DNA of 64,000 nucleotides from an uncultured Gammaproteobacteria bacterium (GTDB lineage Bacteria; Pseudomonadota; Gammaproteobacteria; Legionellales; Legionellaceae): NCBI GenBank assembly GCA_963784615.1, contig CAWASG010000001.1, positions 1,824,046 to 1,888,045 of the forward strand, read 5' to 3'. Shown piece by piece: positions 61,607 to 64,000 of this stretch (position 1 is its first letter; each line of letters starts with the position of its first letter). The notes under the pieces were generated by a model. It saw only the letters and a program-made list of their open reading frames with translations, ran no database searches and was not told where the DNA came from. The position numbers and the translations under genes were made by a program.

Positions 61607-62174
61607 ATCCTTCCTCGCCCCACCGTTTGACCAAGCCACTGTCTAGATCAAACAAATCCAATACACGACCGACGGTATCGTCAATAAGCTCATCGATAGT
61701 GGTTGGTTTTTGATAGAAGGCGGGCACGGGTGGAAAGATAATCCCGCCCATTTGTGTCAGCGCGACCATATTGTTCAAATGTCCCAAATGCAAAGGTGCT
61801 TCACGAGGCATGATGACCAGGCGTCGGCGCTCTTTCAGCACGACATCTGCCGCGCGCGTCAGCAGATTCCCGCCAATGCCATGCGCCATTTCCCCTAAAC
61901 TTTTCATCGAGCAAGGGGCAACAATCATTCCCAAGGTTCTAAAGGAACCGCTGGCAATCGGTGCTGCAATATCACTGCAACGGTAGTAAACATCCGCCAA
62001 TGCCTTCAGCTCAGCACTATTCATCGCGGTCTCATACGCTCGCGTCAACTGTGCAGCAGGAGTGACGACTAAATGGGTTTCAATCGACAATTCCCGCAGG
62101 ACTTGTAATAGCCGAACACCGTAAATAATACCCGATGAACCGCTCATACCTATGATTATTCGTGGGGTGCTCAT
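61605..62174 (-). CDS. ubiX: flavin prenyltransferase UbiX
   Basis: 189 aa; RIIIGMSGSSGIIYGVRLLQVL is the flavoprotein fold of UbiX/Pad1. Confidence 0.9.
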   Translation of the reverse strand: MSTPRIIIGMSGSSGIIYGVRLLQVLRELSIETHLVVTPAAQLTRAYETAMNSAELKALADVYYRCSDIAAPIASGSFRTLGMIVAPCSMKSLGEMAHGIGGNLLTRAADVVLKERRRLVIMPREAPLHLGHLNNMVALTQMGGIIFPPVPAFYQKPTTIDELIDDTVGRVLDLFDLDSGLVKRWGEEG

Positions 62175-62220
62175 GAGCCGTTTCTCCGAGAGGTAGAGGT
62201 AAATGTATTATTTTTTTCTA

Positions 62221-62382
62221 TTTAGTTTTGATCAGTGGAATCGATGCAATTAAACCGGAATCCGAGCCACGACCGTTAGGGAGTGGAGCAGTTTCGGAGT
62301 CGGCTGAACTGCTCCACTCCCTAACGGTCGTGGCTCGGATTCCGGTTTAAACATCAACAATTTGAATATCGCTACCGGTCAA
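62221..62382. mobile_element. MITE family B, copy 2
   Basis: Same core as 38760-38918, with an intact right terminal inverted repeat (ACCGGTCAAAACCAAATGG). Confidence 0.85.
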
Positions 62383-62498
62383 AACCAAATGGAAACTGTA
62401 CTATAATAAAGACAACTTGCTCTAAAGTACATAATTGACGGCGCCCGGGTTAATGTATATACTAATTATATATACATAATAGGTGGGAGTATGTTGCT

Positions 62499-62729
62499 AT
62501 GAAAATGGCTAAAGTATTTATAAGCGGTCATTCACAGGCGGTGAGGCTTCCTAAAGAGTTTCAATTTCACAGTAAGGAAGTTGAAATTTTTAAGCGGGGT
62601 AATGATACCATTTTGCGTGAAAAGCCCAAGGACTTGAAGCGAGCATTTGAATTGCTAACCAGCATGCCAGATGATTTTTTTTCATGTGAACGAGAGGACG
62701 CATTGCCACAAGAGCGGGAGGATTTTTAA
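62499..62729 (+). CDS. vapB: VapB-family antitoxin (AbrB/SpoVT swapped-hairpin)
   Basis: 76 aa, MAKVFISGHSQAVRLPKEF. Its stop overlaps the start of the PIN gene. Confidence 0.75.
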   Translation: MKMAKVFISGHSQAVRLPKEFQFHSKEVEIFKRGNDTILREKPKDLKRAFELLTSMPDDFFSCEREDALPQEREDF

Positions 62730-63133
62730 TGCGCCTTCGTTATCTATTAGATACCAATATTTGCATTTATATTGCAAAAGCAAAACCCATCAATGTATTA
62801 GAGCGGTTCCAGTCGTTGGAAAGCGGGAGTGTTGCAATGTCAATCATTACCTATGGGGAGCTATTGTTTGGGGCTGAAAAAAGCCAACATCCTCAACAAG
62901 CAAAAGCGACATTAGAGGAATTAGCAAACATAATCCCCCCTTTATTATTTTCCATTGAGGTGGGTCAATATTATGCTGAGGTCCGTGCTAGACTTGAAAA
63001 GCAGGGGCAAATGATTGGAGGGAATGATCTCTGGATAGCTGCACATGCACTTGCATTAAATACCACATTAGTGACGAATAATATGAAAGGATTTTCTAGA
63101 ATTCCGCAGCTAAAAATTGAAAATTGGGTTTAA
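62729..63133 (+). CDS. vapC: VapC-family PIN-domain toxin
   Basis: 134 aa; LLDTNICIY has the first acidic PIN residue and VTNNMKGF the C-terminal PIN motif. Confidence 0.8.
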   Translation: MRLRYLLDTNICIYIAKAKPINVLERFQSLESGSVAMSIITYGELLFGAEKSQHPQQAKATLEELANIIPPLLFSIEVGQYYAEVRARLEKQGQMIGGNDLWIAAHALALNTTLVTNNMKGFSRIPQLKIENWV

Positions 63134-63181
63134 CTCCAAAAATCAGTTATCATTCTTTATTTTTTCAATCGGGCCAAAACC

Positions 63182-64000
63182 ATGACAACCACTCGAACCA
63201 TGCTGGTTACCAGCGCACTGCCGTATGCCAATGGCCACCTTCATTTAGGTCATTTAGTTGAACATATTCAAACCGACATTTGGGTGCGGGCTCATAAAAT
63301 GCTTGGGCATACCTGCATTGCCGTCTGCGGAGATGATGCGCATGGTACGCCGATTATGCTCAAAGCAGAGCGCCTAGGCATTACCCCAGAAGCGTTGACT
63401 GCCGAGATGCGTCTCAGCCATGAAGCTGATTTTGAGGCGTTTCATATTGCCTATGATCACTACCATACGACCCATTCGCCAGAAAACCAACAGCTCGCTA
63501 ACGACATCTATATCGCACTTCAAGTCAACGGCGATATTATTAAAAAAACCATTCGCCAAGCTTATGATCCGGTTAAAAACATGTTTTTGCCCGATCGATA
63601 CGTCAAAGGCACCTGCCCTAAATGTGGCGCAGCAGATCAATATGGCGATAATTGCGAAGCATGCGGTGCGACCTATGCACCCACCGATCTCCTTCATCCC
63701 GTGTCTGCATTATCCGGCGCGACACCGATTGAAAAGGATTCAGAACATTATTTCTTTGATTTACCTCGTTATGAGGAGCTGTTAAAACAATGGACGCGGG
63801 GCGGTCATTTACAGACAGAAGTGGCTAATAAATTGGACGAATGGTTTTCCGAGGGGCTTAAACAATGGGATATCTCGCGCGACGCGCCTTATTTCGGGTT
63901 TGAAATACCAGGGTGCAAGGATAAATATTTTTATGTTTGGCTCGATGCGCCCATTGGTTACATGGCAAGCTTTAAAGCCTATTGTGATAAAACCGGCTTG
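63182..64000 (+). CDS. metG: methionyl-tRNA synthetase (N-terminal part; continues beyond the window)
   Basis: [34 protein letters not shown] contains the HIGH motif; the zinc knuckle is [18 protein letters not shown]. There is no stop before the window edge, so it is absent from the ORF track. Confidence 0.9.
   Translation, partial: MTTTRTMLVTSALPYANGHLHLGHLVEHIQTDIWVRAHKMLGHTCIAVCGDDAHGTPIMLKAERLGITPEALTAEMRLSHEADFEAFHIAYDHYHTTHSPENQQLANDIYIALQVNGDIIKKTIRQAYDPVKNMFLPDRYVKGTCPKCGAADQYGDNCEACGATYAPTDLLHPVSALSGATPIEKDSEHYFFDLPRYEELLKQWTRGGHLQTEVANKLDEWFSEGLKQWDISRDAPYFGFEIPGCKDKYFYVWLDAPIGYMASFKAYCDKTGL

Overview
This window is a chromosomal segment of a moderately AT-rich gammaproteobacterium. 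Gene order and content suggest a Legionellales / Coxiella-like intracellular lineage, but that is an inference from the sequence only. It spans the replication-origin neighbourhood, with rpmH-rnpA-yidD-yidC-mnmE on the minus strand and dnaA-dnaN-recF divergent on the plus strand, and a candidate oriC between rpmH and dnaA.

Conserved housekeeping content includes a complete F1Fo ATP synthase operon (atpIBEFHAGD, minus strand), lpoA/rsmI, aroE, pepN and the PrkA-YeaH-SpoVR stress module. It also includes the MoxR-DUF58-DUF4381-BatA-BatB-BatC-BatD aerotolerance-type operon, ubiE-ubiJ-ubiB followed by tatA-tatB (with tatC inverted), guaC, a PhoH2 PIN-ATPase, ubiX, tRNA-Leu(CAG) and the 5' end of metG.

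The most striking property is the density of palindromic repeat elements:
- More than 14 copies of a REP-like palindrome (GTAGGTTGGGTTGAG...CTCAACCCAACCTAC) with two arm subtypes.
- Two MITE families (A and B) that share the same terminal inverted repeats (CCATTTAGTTTTGACCGGT) but have different cores.
- A third foldback family (C) that flanks an AAA ATPase gene.
- Several unique nested palindromes.
These elements sit inside operons, generate spurious ORFs, donate a stop codon (spoVR) and apparently encode the C-terminal tail of TatC.

An accessory island at about 30.4-38.9 kb is framed by these elements. It carries a BrnT/BrnA toxin-antitoxin pair, a GNAT acetyltransferase, the repeat-flanked AAA ATPase, and the two strongest novelty candidates:
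- a protein with six tandem SPFH-lead-in repeats plus one SPFH domain, which is vault-like in outline;
- a secreted 797-aa protein with a clear eukaryote-type thaumatin (PR-5) domain.

Other notable points are the missing gyrB after recF, replaced by a TM2-domain gene pair; a low-complexity Ala/Thr/Pro repeat protein; and a tRNA-adjacent gene tentatively assigned to the N-hydroxylating flavin monooxygenase family. No rRNA, CRISPR array, integrase or transposase gene was seen.
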